A stretch of DNA of 64,000 nt from Chloroflexota bacterium (GCA_027623195.1 JAQBUT010000004.1:64001-128000), one strand, 5' to 3'; positions 19,182 to 28,992 are shown, counted from the first letter of the stretch. Numbers and translations are program-made. Notes: generated from the sequence alone by a model not told the origin.

Positions 19182-19868
19182 CTACTGACCTATTCTAGAC
19201 CGTAGGAACTGCACCAGTGCCCAGCGGTCCTCTTCGCTTAACAGCTTGCGGTACTCCGGCATAGGCGAGGTGGAATCTCGTCCGCGAAGACGTACTGCCA
19301 ACCCCTGCCTGCCACCGCCTGATATGAAGCCGAACAACTCTCCGTCCGTAGAGTTTTTCGTTGCGTCTGACCTCAGGTCGGCAGGGTATGGCCCCCTGTC
19401 ATAAGCGAGGTTGCCGTCCGATCCTACCAGGGTAGTTATTGGCCCTTTGCCATCAAGCAATCCACCATGGCACACCAGACAGTTCACCTGATACGTCCGC
19501 CATGCAGATGCATCATCGTAGTTCCCTGAAAACTCTTGCGGAATCTCAAGCGCCTTGAAGGCATCCATACTAACCGGCAGTATTTCCGCGCCGGATATCG
19601 GCACCGATCCTTCTGGGGGCAACAGCCTAGGCCCCTCTTGAACACGATAGGACGGTTGGAAGTGCATTTCCGTCCACATCTCAACGGAATGCGAGCCAGT
19701 CTCTGGGAACGCCGGCATCGTGAAATTAATGGCTCCACCTACGTTTACCGCACCTGTGCCAGTGTTATAGCAGGCCGTGGCAAGCAAGGTCGCCAAAAGA
19801 AGCGCTCCCAACACTGCGGTTTTACGGTTCCGCAGGCCAATCATCTTCCAGCCAAGTGAGAAAGTCAT
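19182..19868 (-). CDS. actE: Alternative complex III monoheme cytochrome c lipoprotein (ActE-like)
   Basis: Lipobox LATAC, MHFQPSYRVQEGPR, one CxxCH (CLVCH), SPMP Met ligand; last gene of the operon. Confidence 0.8.
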   Translation of the reverse strand: MTFSLGWKMIGLRNRKTAVLGALLLATLLATACYNTGTGAVNVGGAINFTMPAFPETGSHSVEMWTEMHFQPSYRVQEGPRLLPPEGSVPISGAEILPVSMDAFKALEIPQEFSGNYDDASAWRTYQVNCLVCHGGLLDGKGPITTLVGSDGNLAYDRGPYPADLRSDATKNSTDGELFGFISGGGRQGLAVRLRGRDSTSPMPEYRKLLSEEDRWALVQFLRSRIGQ

Positions 19869-19872
19869 CTAA

Positions 19873-20397
19873 CTACTTGCTCTCCCAGCCTCTTGTGATA
19901 TCTCCAGCCCCCGACTGCTTTAAGACCTCTTCCGCCCGAGGAATCCTGTCCTCTTCCGTCGTCACGGTAACACCGATGTAACCTTCGGTGATGCGCTTGT
20001 CATAGGCGCCCATGAACAATCGGGGAAGCCTGGATTCCAGGAGTATACCAATGATCGTAAATATGATGGCGCCCAACATGGTGCCCTCATACATGATGAT
20101 TGCCATGGGAGGGATGGATAGAATTGGCTTGCCGCCAGTGACCAGAGGGAATGCCAACTGCGAACCTGCCGTCAAGACGAGGCCGATGATGAATCCGCAC
20201 GCGGCCCCGGTAAGCGGCCATCGGAACAACTTGTGTTTGGGTTCCGCCTCTCCAAAAGTCCCTTCTGGATAAGGCGTTCCCGTTAGTACCTCGTATTCGG
20301 TGGTCGTGTATCCGGCAGAGGCCAAGGCTTCCAAGGCGTCTCCGGCCTCATCCACCTGCTCCTCCGTAAACAGTCCCAATACACTTCTTTTCGCCAT
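19873..20397 (-). CDS. actD: Alternative complex III subunit D (DUF3341-like)
   Basis: TPYP, PLVTGGKP, IIMYEGTML; two TM segments. Confidence 0.88.
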   Translation of the reverse strand: MAKRSVLGLFTEEQVDEAGDALEALASAGYTTTEYEVLTGTPYPEGTFGEAEPKHKLFRWPLTGAACGFIIGLVLTAGSQLAFPLVTGGKPILSIPPMAIIMYEGTMLGAIIFTIIGILLESRLPRLFMGAYDKRITEGYIGVTVTTEEDRIPRAEEVLKQSGAGDITRGWESK

Positions 20398-20445
20398 AAT
20401 TGAGCCCCGTCCTAATAATTGGTTCTTAATCGTTTAATCGAAGGT

Positions 20446-21825
20446 TTACGGCGTTTCCCGTATGCTTGCTGGCACGATACGACGGCCAATCTTAATTTCC
20501 TCACGGACCTGCATTCCCTCTTTCATGTCGAAGATAGGAATAATAGGGAAGAACTTCGAGAAGAGAAGCATTCCCAATGCAACGAACGCAAAGGTCTCAG
20601 CAACGACCAGTATTTCAACAATACTGGGGTGATAACTACCCCAATCGAACTGCAAAGGCTGCCTTCGGGCTAGCCCTGGAATAATAATCAGGAAGCGTTC
20701 AAGCCACATGCCGATGTTGACAAGTATCGTAGAGAGGAACATCAGCCCAGGGCTACGTCTAACGCTTTTGAAAAGCCACATCGGCACAGGAATGAAGAAC
20801 GACGTAAGCAAGAACGCTAAGAAAAGCCACATATATGGCGCCTGGAAGACCTGCAATTCCCTTAGGGCCAATTCAGGCGACTCCAACGTGTACAGCGCGA
20901 ATATCCACTCCACGAAGAAGAAGAAGAACCAGGTAGTGGCGACAACGATAAGAAGCCTACCGATAGCGTCGAAATGGTCTGGGCGGAGATAGTTGTCCAG
21001 CTTCCACATCCACATGGCCAGAGCCATAATCATGGCAACCGCAGACACTCCAGAGTGAATGGCTCCAATGATGAAGTATGGCGCAAAGATCGTCGAGTGC
21101 CAGCCTTCTACTCCAATGGCCACGGCGAAGTCCCAAGAGACTATGCTGTGAACAGAAACGAACACCGGCAGGACCAACGCTGAAAGCAAAATACCGGCGA
21201 TTGCCTGTAGCTTCCATTGCCTTGGCGTACCGCGCCAACCCAGGCAAAGCATGCCGTATATCTTCGGCGCAAACTTGCCCGTTGCCCTGTCCCGGACGAC
21301 TGCGATGTCCGGTATAAGGGCGACATAAACGAATAGAGTACTACCGATCAGGTAGGTCATCACGGCGCTGGGGTCCCAGACAAAGGGAGAGCGAATGTTC
21401 ATGAAAAGGCCGCGAGAGAAGTCGTAAGGGTAAACCCAGAACAGCCTCCACGGCCTGCCAACGTGGAACATGATGTTGGACAGCGCTGCCATCAGCGAGA
21501 ATATCGTCATAACTTCAGCTACGCGCGTAACTGGCCTACGCCACTCAGCCTGAGTGAGGCGCAGAATAGCGGAAATCATAATACCGGCGTGGCTAATACC
21601 AATCCAGAAGACGAAATTGGTGATGTAGAATCCCCACAAAACCGGCCTGTTAAGGCCAGTAACGCCGAGACCCTTATTTATCTCATAGCCATAAGCGCCA
21701 ATTCCTGTGGCAATAACAAGCAACAGGAATCCGACTGCCCCGAGCCACCACTTGGGCATACCTAATACGCCGGCCAGGAGATCGTCGTTTATCTTTTTCT
21801 GACTAAGTTGGACGTGTTCCTGCAT
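20446..21825 (-). CDS. actC: Alternative complex III quinol-oxidising NrfD-family subunit C
   Basis: WGFYITNFVFWIGISHAG, HVGRPW, RSPFVWD, VSVHSIVSWDF, GWHSTIFAPYF. Confidence 0.92.
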   Translation of the reverse strand: MQEHVQLSQKKINDDLLAGVLGMPKWWLGAVGFLLLVIATGIGAYGYEINKGLGVTGLNRPVLWGFYITNFVFWIGISHAGIMISAILRLTQAEWRRPVTRVAEVMTIFSLMAALSNIMFHVGRPWRLFWVYPYDFSRGLFMNIRSPFVWDPSAVMTYLIGSTLFVYVALIPDIAVVRDRATGKFAPKIYGMLCLGWRGTPRQWKLQAIAGILLSALVLPVFVSVHSIVSWDFAVAIGVEGWHSTIFAPYFIIGAIHSGVSAVAMIMALAMWMWKLDNYLRPDHFDAIGRLLIVVATTWFFFFFVEWIFALYTLESPELALRELQVFQAPYMWLFLAFLLTSFFIPVPMWLFKSVRRSPGLMFLSTILVNIGMWLERFLIIIPGLARRQPLQFDWGSYHPSIVEILVVAETFAFVALGMLLFSKFFPIIPIFDMKEGMQVREEIKIGRRIVPASIRETP

Positions 21826-21858
21826 TTAGCAGCTACTCCACCCTCGGCATGTTTTGAA

Positions 21859-23307
21859 TTATCTAGGTTTGCCCAGCACGAGGACTTCAGTTCGATGATA
21901 TGCCTTGTGCAATTTGTAAAGCATTAACTCTTTTTGTTCCCATATGCTTACGGGTGGAATCAACCTGGCGGCGAGCAAATAGAACAGCACTGCGCCCCCA
22001 ATTACTCCGAGCACGATCAATACATCCGGGACACCGGGCATATTAGCCGCGGGTATCGAATCAAAAGGTATCTCGTGCTTGTCCACCCTGTAATCACCAA
22101 CGCCCGGGTAAGACCAGGCCGCCACGTATAGACGAAGCCTGTCGAAGAAGGTCCCGGCGAGAACGGCGACCGACATAATAGTAGGACCCCAGAAGCTCTT
22201 TCGAACGCGGTTCCACATCATCACCAGAAGCGGTGTCACAAAGCTTAGTATGAAACCCGCCATGAACGCAGGCTGATAAGACCCAACCATGAGATATTTA
22301 AGAACGGCCTGCTCACTAGGCTTCTTTCCGTACCAGAAGACATTAAAGCTAGAGAACCAGAACCAGAACCACAACAAGGACAAAGCAAAGAGCAGCTTGC
22401 TCATCGCCCAGAACTGGTCCAATGTAAAGTAGTCCTCGTACCCTCCGAATTTTCGAAGGAAGAACATGGTCAAAATTACAGTTGCGACGCCTGCCTGCAA
22501 TGAGTTAGCAGCGTGAGTCAGCGGATAAAGCGAGTCTATCCAGCCTGGCACCAGCGTCATCAGAAAGTCCGTGCTCACCAAGTAGTGCACAAACACCAGC
22601 ATCATGAAATATAACGCGCCAACAATGCCCATGCGATGGTGAAGCATATTCCATTGTTCCGTGGTCCCAATCCATCGTCCGGAAAGACGAGCGGACCATT
22701 TCTGCTTCCACCCGGTACTATGCTCACGCATCAGGGCAAGATCCGGCATTGCTGATAGCCAAAGCAGCATAATGCCAAGCGCTGCTAACGACAGTAGAGC
22801 TGCCGTAGTCCATATATGCGGGGAATACACCGGCACCTTGCTAAAGAACGGGTCGTCGGAGTTATAAAACCAAAGGCTACGGCGTCCGTCGGTTAGCGGC
22901 GGCAATATCCACAGCATGGGAATAAACAGCAAAAGACTGAAAATACCAGCAGCCGACCAGAGTTCAGCTACACGGGAGACTGGCCTACGCCAATGTGCGT
23001 TTGCCAACCTGGGCGCAATCGCGACCATCGGCGCGGCTGACGCGGTTGTGAGAATGAAGCTAAACATCATGGCGTAGTAGGCCCACACCATCCTGTCACT
23101 CACGCCGTCATTTACCCTCATCACAAAGCCGATGACGCCAAGCACTAGCAGAAACCCAGCAGCAGCTACACCGCTCAACCACTTGTCGCTGATCTTGTCA
23201 TGTTTGGTTACGAGGTCGTTCACCACCTCCCTTTGGGAAGTGAACGGCACATACATACCTTCTGCATGATGCTCTTCGTTATGACCGCTGGCGTTGTGAC
23301 TAGCCAT
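21859..23307 (-). CDS. actF: Second NrfD-fold membrane subunit (ActF-like)
   Basis: About 10 TM segments, AHWRRPVSRVAE, LVPGWIDSLYP; lacks the ActC HxGRPW motif. Start 23307 or 23316. Confidence 0.75.
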   Translation of the reverse strand: MASHNASGHNEEHHAEGMYVPFTSQREVVNDLVTKHDKISDKWLSGVAAAGFLLVLGVIGFVMRVNDGVSDRMVWAYYAMMFSFILTTASAAPMVAIAPRLANAHWRRPVSRVAELWSAAGIFSLLLFIPMLWILPPLTDGRRSLWFYNSDDPFFSKVPVYSPHIWTTAALLSLAALGIMLLWLSAMPDLALMREHSTGWKQKWSARLSGRWIGTTEQWNMLHHRMGIVGALYFMMLVFVHYLVSTDFLMTLVPGWIDSLYPLTHAANSLQAGVATVILTMFFLRKFGGYEDYFTLDQFWAMSKLLFALSLLWFWFWFSSFNVFWYGKKPSEQAVLKYLMVGSYQPAFMAGFILSFVTPLLVMMWNRVRKSFWGPTIMSVAVLAGTFFDRLRLYVAAWSYPGVGDYRVDKHEIPFDSIPAANMPGVPDVLIVLGVIGGAVLFYLLAARLIPPVSIWEQKELMLYKLHKAYHRTEVLVLGKPR

Positions 23308-24058
23308 GAACCTCATGTTCCTCGGCCGTCTTGTCGACCTTCTTTAGGTATACAACATTAGGATGTGTGCCCAAATGCTCAAGCATATGGTAGCCTCTGC
23401 CGCCAGGACGCGATCCGGCAGGCTGCTTGAGCTCCTCTTTGGACTGTTTTGAAATCGCGCTATCTGAGTCATCAAGGTTACCGAACGTTAGCGCATGGGT
23501 CGGGCAAGCGTTCACGCAAGCCGGACTCATACCCCTATCGCCGTCTTCGACCTCTTGGCCATCCTTGGCGGCCTCTCGAGTCGAGCGACGAATTCGCTGA
23601 ATACAGAAGGTGCACTTTTCCATGATGCCCCTGCTTCGCACGGTGACATCCGGGTTTAGCTGATTTTTAAGGCTCTCAGGCCACTCAGGCTCCCAGAAAT
23701 TGAAGAACCTTGCCTGATATGGGCAGTTGTTGGCGCAGAACCTGGTGCCAATGCAGCGGTTGTAGACCTGAACATTCAGGCCTTCGCTGTTGTGATACGT
23801 CGCGTATACAGGGCATACGGGCTCACATGGAGCGTCATCGCACTGTTGACAGAACACAGGAACAAAGCGAGCCCTAACATTGGGGAACTCCCCTTCCCAG
23901 TAGCGTTCTATTCGAATCCATTCGATAGCACGTCGCTGGTTGAAGTGGCCTTCCTCGTTAATGGGGATATTGTTTTCGGACTGGCATGCAACAACGCACG
24001 CCTGACAGCCGATACACTTGTCGATATCGACGATCATTCCCCATTTATTCTCTGCCAT
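23300..24058 (-). CDS. actB2: Four-cluster Fe-S protein (ActB2/QrcC-like)
   Basis: CIGCQACVVAC, CQQCDDAPCEPVCP, CIGTRFCANNCP ([3Fe-4S]-type variant), KCTFC...PACVNACP. Confidence 0.92.
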   Translation of the reverse strand: MAENKWGMIVDIDKCIGCQACVVACQSENNIPINEEGHFNQRRAIEWIRIERYWEGEFPNVRARFVPVFCQQCDDAPCEPVCPVYATYHNSEGLNVQVYNRCIGTRFCANNCPYQARFFNFWEPEWPESLKNQLNPDVTVRSRGIMEKCTFCIQRIRRSTREAAKDGQEVEDGDRGMSPACVNACPTHALTFGNLDDSDSAISKQSKEELKQPAGSRPGGRGYHMLEHLGTHPNVVYLKKVDKTAEEHEVHG

Positions 24059-24120
24059 ACCCAGTTCCTCCGGTAACCCTTCTTCACGCCCGGGCCCCTA
24101 CGGTCTACTTGTCACCCGCT

Positions 24121-26370
24121 TTAGCTGTCCAGCGGAGTTATCTCGATAATAAGTCGCTCATCGTCCCGTGGTGGCTCTGTAACGGTGTTCTCGAGCTTGG
24201 GAACCCGTTTCCACTCACCGGTTTTAACGATGTCCACCTTTGTCGCAGCCCAAGCGAGCGCGCCAGTTGTTGAATCCGAACTAGCGTCCAATATGGAGTA
24301 AACGTTCGAGCCACGATCCTTCGCGTACCTGCCGCCTGCGATATGACCTTGCCCAACCGGCACAGCCACAACGTTCGGCGAAACTCCGGGATGCGGGTAA
24401 GCCAGCGCTTCGATACTCCCGGCGTCCGACGTTATTCTGACGACGTCGCCCTCGCTAATGCCGAGTTCCTCGGCAGTGTGCATGTTAATCTCAACCCACG
24501 TTTGCCAGGTGGCAGACGTAATAGGGTCAGGCGTAGCCTGCATCCAAGGCAGCGCCGCGCCTCTGCCATCGCCAATCCCCGTTGTGGCAAAAGGCATCAG
24601 GTAAAAATCTCTGTTACTGAAACTGGCCTGCGGGACTTCCACTAGGGGTGAAGCAGCAAACACATGAGTTTCCTTTTTCGAATCGTCCCACCAACCGCCC
24701 CGCTGTAGCAACCCGTTCCAGAAACCCTCGAACGTAACGGCCTTGACGGAGCCTCTGTTCTCCTCGAACAACTGACGAGCACCGTCTTTCAGTACGTCCT
24801 GGAATGTATCACCAGGCAATTCCAGGTCCATTTCCAGACCCAGGGCAACTGCCATCAGTGTATCCCCAAAATTCCTGGTTCCCAGGTGCTCGCCTCTGTG
24901 CTCAAAGAAAGGCCTGACGACCGGCTGCTGAAACCCTACAGTCTGGTAGCCGGGACCAGCATCCGGAATGTCGCTGCCCCAATCTTCCAGAGAGTTGTGT
25001 TGAGGAAGCACGAGGTCAGACATCGCCGTTGTGTCGTCTATGAATCCCGAGAAGCTGACAATCAGCGGCACATTGAATGAAGCACCTTTAAAACCGGTTG
25101 CTTGCGGCAGGCCGTGGAACAGGTCCGCATCACGGACCATGAGTACCTGCACCCCACCGTTGCGCATCTCTTCTGCAAGCCGGTGCCAGTCAGCGAAGGA
25201 GTCCACGCCGGCAGTTACCGGCACGTCCTTAAACGGAGACGTCGGATTTAATATCACCCCGCCCGGCTTATTCACGCTGCCCACAAGTTGGTTCAGCGAG
25301 TAAATGGCAACCAGGTTGGCGAAACCGTTGGTGTGCGCGCCGGCGGAACCTCCGCCAATGGCCACCGACGGACCGTGGCTGGCGAACTGAACCGCCACCT
25401 CGTGAATCCTCTCAGCGGATACGCCAGTCGCACCAGCGACATTGTCTGGAGCAAATGCTCCCAGATTAAATCTTCCGTTGTTGGTTAGCGCCTGCGCGGC
25501 GGCAGCGTCACCCAGACCCTCGTCAATGATGACCTGAGCGATACTTAAAGCCAGCAGACCCTCAGTACCAGGATTAACAAAAACCCACTTGTCGGCGTTG
25601 GCCGCCGTCATAGAAAAGCGCGAATCGACGTGAATGAAATCGCCACGCTCGCGGTCGCCCTGCCGAAACTCGCCGTATCCCCTGGCGTGCCGAACCGGCG
25701 AACCCCAGGTGTTTAGGAAATCGGCCCCGAAGGACAGGACTACATTGGAATTTTCAATATCGAAGTCAGGCATCGTATCCTGACCAAACACATGCTTGAT
25801 GGCGCGACGTACGGTGGTGCGTTCCATAGGCTCGTAACCCATGTGTCGTCCGCCGTATTTGGATACGAACCGCTCAACGACTCCACCAAGGTGGCCACCC
25901 ACCGGGTCTGTTGCCATAACAACCGACGACTGATTACCGTCGTTTTGAATATTCTGGAGTTGCTCGGTCAGACGCCCCAGGGCATCCTCCCAGCTAATCT
26001 CTCGGAACTGCCCAGACCCGCGCTCGCCAACCCGAACCATGGGCCCGCGAATCCTGTCCGGGTGGTAGAGAGCTTGAAGGCCAGCCTCGCATCGGGCGCT
26101 ATGGCTACCCTGATTAATCGGGTAGTCGATGTTGCCTTCGACCTTCTTGGCGCGGCCTTCCATAACTCTAACAACGATACCCTCGCTGGTTGAGCACTGG
26201 CGGCACAAAGTGGCGTACCAGTTGTCCAGGCCGGTGACCAGGTCCTCAGGCATCTCGACAGGCGCTTGCACGAGCAATTCGTCAGCCGGCACGCCGCATG
26301 CCTGAAACACTACCGCACCTGCGGCAGAGCCACCAACATAGGTCATAAACTGTCTTCGAGTTATCGCCAT
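24121..26370 (-). CDS. actB1: Molybdopterin-oxidoreductase-fold Tat lipoprotein (ActB1/QrcB-like)
   Basis: Tat motif TRRQF, lipobox FQAC, YATLC, EGRAKKVEGN, SFGADFL, WMQATPDPITSATW. Confidence 0.9.
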   Translation of the reverse strand: MAITRRQFMTYVGGSAAGAVVFQACGVPADELLVQAPVEMPEDLVTGLDNWYATLCRQCSTSEGIVVRVMEGRAKKVEGNIDYPINQGSHSARCEAGLQALYHPDRIRGPMVRVGERGSGQFREISWEDALGRLTEQLQNIQNDGNQSSVVMATDPVGGHLGGVVERFVSKYGGRHMGYEPMERTTVRRAIKHVFGQDTMPDFDIENSNVVLSFGADFLNTWGSPVRHARGYGEFRQGDRERGDFIHVDSRFSMTAANADKWVFVNPGTEGLLALSIAQVIIDEGLGDAAAAQALTNNGRFNLGAFAPDNVAGATGVSAERIHEVAVQFASHGPSVAIGGGSAGAHTNGFANLVAIYSLNQLVGSVNKPGGVILNPTSPFKDVPVTAGVDSFADWHRLAEEMRNGGVQVLMVRDADLFHGLPQATGFKGASFNVPLIVSFSGFIDDTTAMSDLVLPQHNSLEDWGSDIPDAGPGYQTVGFQQPVVRPFFEHRGEHLGTRNFGDTLMAVALGLEMDLELPGDTFQDVLKDGARQLFEENRGSVKAVTFEGFWNGLLQRGGWWDDSKKETHVFAASPLVEVPQASFSNRDFYLMPFATTGIGDGRGAALPWMQATPDPITSATWQTWVEINMHTAEELGISEGDVVRITSDAGSIEALAYPHPGVSPNVVAVPVGQGHIAGGRYAKDRGSNVYSILDASSDSTTGALAWAATKVDIVKTGEWKRVPKLENTVTEPPRDDERLIIEITPLDS

Positions 26371-26404
26371 TCTCTAAATAAAGCCTCTAGAAATGACCCT
26401 AATC

Positions 26405-27112
26405 CTAATAATGACAGGTAGTACAGTCAGTCGGGGCACCGTTATCTCGGTGACAGTCCACGCAATCGCCCATCTTCAGGGGACGTACCTGTTCGACCGT
26501 AGCCATACTGCCCACATCGCCATGACAGACGGAGCAAACCTGCGCCTCGGCAATCTCCATGGTCTGACCCACTGATACGCTGGGGTCAATTCTCAGCGCC
26601 TCGCCCAACCTGATTTCCCCAGCCTGCTCGTTGGGATCGGTCCATTCCTCAACAACGGTTTTCACGCCTGAGAATCTTCTGATATGAGCTTCGTGAACGA
26701 AATGTACATGGTCTGGGACTCGATGCACACGCACCCAATCGATGGGTCGATCATCCGCGACCTGCTCCCGCATATTTTCAATCTGCTCCAGACCATCGCC
26801 TACAACCTGATGACAGGTCAGACATAGTCCAGCAGAGGGTATGGTGGCGGCGGCGCCCTCCGTTACATTCCTGTGACAGAAGGTGCAGTCCAACCCCAAA
26901 TCCTGAACGTGAGTTGGATGTGGGAATGCAATTGGTTGCGTGGGGCCCTGGTCGTGAGCAAATATGACTGGCATTCCTAGCCATGCAGACACAATCCAGG
27001 TGAGCCCTAATGCAATAGCAACGAAGCTACCCAGGCCCACGACACCAAGAGTGCCGAATATAGCCAGTTGTTTACTTGTAGGCTTCTTGACTTGAAAGTC
27101 GCCAGGTATCAA
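26405..27112 (-). CDS. actA: Membrane-anchored pentaheme cytochrome c (ActA/QrcA-like)
   Basis: Five CxxCH motifs (CTFCH, CLTCH, CSVCH, CVDCH, CTTCH); QPIAFPH and WVRVHRVPDHVHFVHEAH. Confidence 0.93.
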   Translation of the reverse strand: MIPGDFQVKKPTSKQLAIFGTLGVVGLGSFVAIALGLTWIVSAWLGMPVIFAHDQGPTQPIAFPHPTHVQDLGLDCTFCHRNVTEGAAATIPSAGLCLTCHQVVGDGLEQIENMREQVADDRPIDWVRVHRVPDHVHFVHEAHIRRFSGVKTVVEEWTDPNEQAGEIRLGEALRIDPSVSVGQTMEIAEAQVCSVCHGDVGSMATVEQVRPLKMGDCVDCHRDNGAPTDCTTCHY

Positions 27113-27124
27113 AGTCGGTGTTCC

Positions 27125-27415
27125 CTAAATATAGTAATCGGCCCAAAAGTTACGGAGAATTCCCGCGAGATCAATCACCCGGTAGAGAAAGAACATTGCC
27201 AGCCCGAAGCAAATGATCGCGAAGGAATAGAAGGCAATCCTGGCCTTTTGCCAGTAGTTGGGAAGGTGTCCGGACATAACGAATGAAGGTAGAAAGTTAT
27301 GCCCTACAATCATGTTCGCAGCCATCAAGACTACGAAAAGAACCACCATCCAAAGCGAAACCAGTAGTTTGCCTAGTTCGCTCCACTCAAAGGGGCCAAG
27401 CGCAGCAGGGTCCAT
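27125..27415 (-). CDS. Small two-TM protein, first gene of the ACIII operon
   Basis: 96 aa with two hydrophobic helices; 12 nt from actA. Confidence 0.7.
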   Translation of the reverse strand: MDPAALGPFEWSELGKLLVSLWMVVLFVVLMAANMIVGHNFLPSFVMSGHLPNYWQKARIAFYSFAIICFGLAMFFLYRVIDLAGILRNFWADYYI

Positions 27416-27475
27416 TTATTGCCTTGCCTCAGAATTTACGTTTGCTGTTGTGTTCAACAATTGGCTTTATCAGCC

Positions 27476-27511
27476 TGGTGAAAATTATCACAGTGGTTAA
27501 GCCGGTGTCAA
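27476..27511 (-). promoter_or_regulatory. ACIII promoter with an overlapping Rex/Crp-like palindrome
   Basis: Minus strand TTGACA, 16 nt, GATAAT; TGGTGAAAATTATCACAG (27476-27493) covers the -10. Confidence 0.55.
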
Positions 27512-27651
27512 GGGTTTACTAGGCAAATACGCGGCCGCCGGTCCCTAACATTAACTATTCCAAAGCGCCAATAAAAGGATTCCTTTTTGACACAATGTCC
27601 ACGATTTTTGCGGCGAGTTTTCCACGGTAGACGCGGACGAAACATGGCAGA

Positions 27652-28842
27652 TCAGTCACGGAAACCTTCCACAGTGTGAGCCTTAAGAAAGTCTTCGTCC
27701 AGGTTCATACCAAGGCCTGGCCTATCAGACACGTACAGATCGCCGCTACGGATATCCAAAGGGACATCCATAAACTTGTCGTAACCACTCAGGTCGTATC
27801 GAATTGTCTCCAGTTTGTAGAAGTTCGGCACGGTCATCATCACCTGCGCTCCGGCCATGATATTGATTGGCCCGCTGGCGTCGTGCGGAGACACAGGTAT
27901 GTAATAAGCCTCGGCCATGGTCGATATCTTCTTCAGCTCGCTGATGCCGCCGGTCCAGGTAACGTCCGGCATGATGTAGTCGGCCAGGTTGTTCTCGAAA
28001 ATAGGCACGAACTCGAACCGTGTATGCAGTCGCTCGCCCACGCTAATTCTGCAGGAAATTTTTTCACGCACCTGCTTCAGGGCCGAGTAGCTCTCCACCG
28101 GAACAGGCTCCTCGAACCAGTGGATGTTAAAAGGCTCCAGCGCGTTGGCCAGCTGAATAGCAGTAGGCACGTTGTACCGACCATGAGCGTCGATAAGCAC
28201 CTCTATTTGCGGGCCAACGGCCTCACGTACGGCAGCGGTAATGTCCACAGCCTCAGCCAGCCCTTGCGGACTGAGTTCGCCATCCATGAAGCTGATGTTG
28301 CCGTCCTTCAGACCGCCGTGCAGCGAGTGCATCATGGGGTCCATCTTGAGGCCGCGGTGGCCTGAGGCTACGATCTCTTTCGCGTCTGCCACCGCTTCCT
28401 CAGGCGTGTTGGGCTCAGGCGGATGGGTGTACAGCGCGATGCGGTCTCGAACGGGACCGCCCAGCAACGCGTATATGGGTTTGCCGAGGCTCTTGCCCAG
28501 GATGTCCCACAACGCAATGTCGATTCCGCTTATGGCCGCTGTCGTTGCGCCACGAGTGCCGGTGTAGGTGAACAGCCGGAAGGTCCGCTGCCATATGTAC
28601 TCGATGGCCCTGGGGTCCTGTCCCACCAGGAACTGCTTCAGCTCCTGTATGTACCGACCCACCGCTCGGTTGCCCACAAAGCCAGGATAGTTGGTGACCT
28701 CTCCCCAGCCGGATATACCCTCGTCGGTCTCCACTTTAACGAAGATGAACTGTCGCCTGGTGGGTAGCCTTGGCCGGTCACCGCCAGGCCTGTCGTCCCA
28801 ATCGGTCTCGATAACATACGTCTTGACGTCGGTTATTTTCAT
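27652..28842 (-). CDS. Mandelate racemase/galactonate dehydratase-like enolase superfamily protein
   Basis: MKITDVKTY, FVKVETDEGISGWGE, LKMDP, IDAHGR, WFEEP, GERL, MPDV, PHD. Confidence 0.9.
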   Translation of the reverse strand: MKITDVKTYVIETDWDDRPGGDRPRLPTRRQFIFVKVETDEGISGWGEVTNYPGFVGNRAVGRYIQELKQFLVGQDPRAIEYIWQRTFRLFTYTGTRGATTAAISGIDIALWDILGKSLGKPIYALLGGPVRDRIALYTHPPEPNTPEEAVADAKEIVASGHRGLKMDPMMHSLHGGLKDGNISFMDGELSPQGLAEAVDITAAVREAVGPQIEVLIDAHGRYNVPTAIQLANALEPFNIHWFEEPVPVESYSALKQVREKISCRISVGERLHTRFEFVPIFENNLADYIMPDVTWTGGISELKKISTMAEAYYIPVSPHDASGPINIMAGAQVMMTVPNFYKLETIRYDLSGYDKFMDVPLDIRSGDLYVSDRPGLGMNLDEDFLKAHTVEGFRD

Positions 28843-28939
28843 GTTTTTCCTATCCTCAAAGCCTGTTTCATTGTTGGCGTTCCCGGTTGCCTGCATCGTT
28901 CATCTTTTCTTGGAGCATAATGCATGCTCGGGCCAGTCG

Positions 28940-28992
28940 TTCGACAAGTCCCCACTCTGTCGAGGATGCTCGATTGAATCGGCACTCACCAC
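28940..28992. repeat. Second copy of the 53-nt REP-with-insert element
   Basis: 44/53 identical to 5418-5470, ungapped. Confidence 0.75.
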
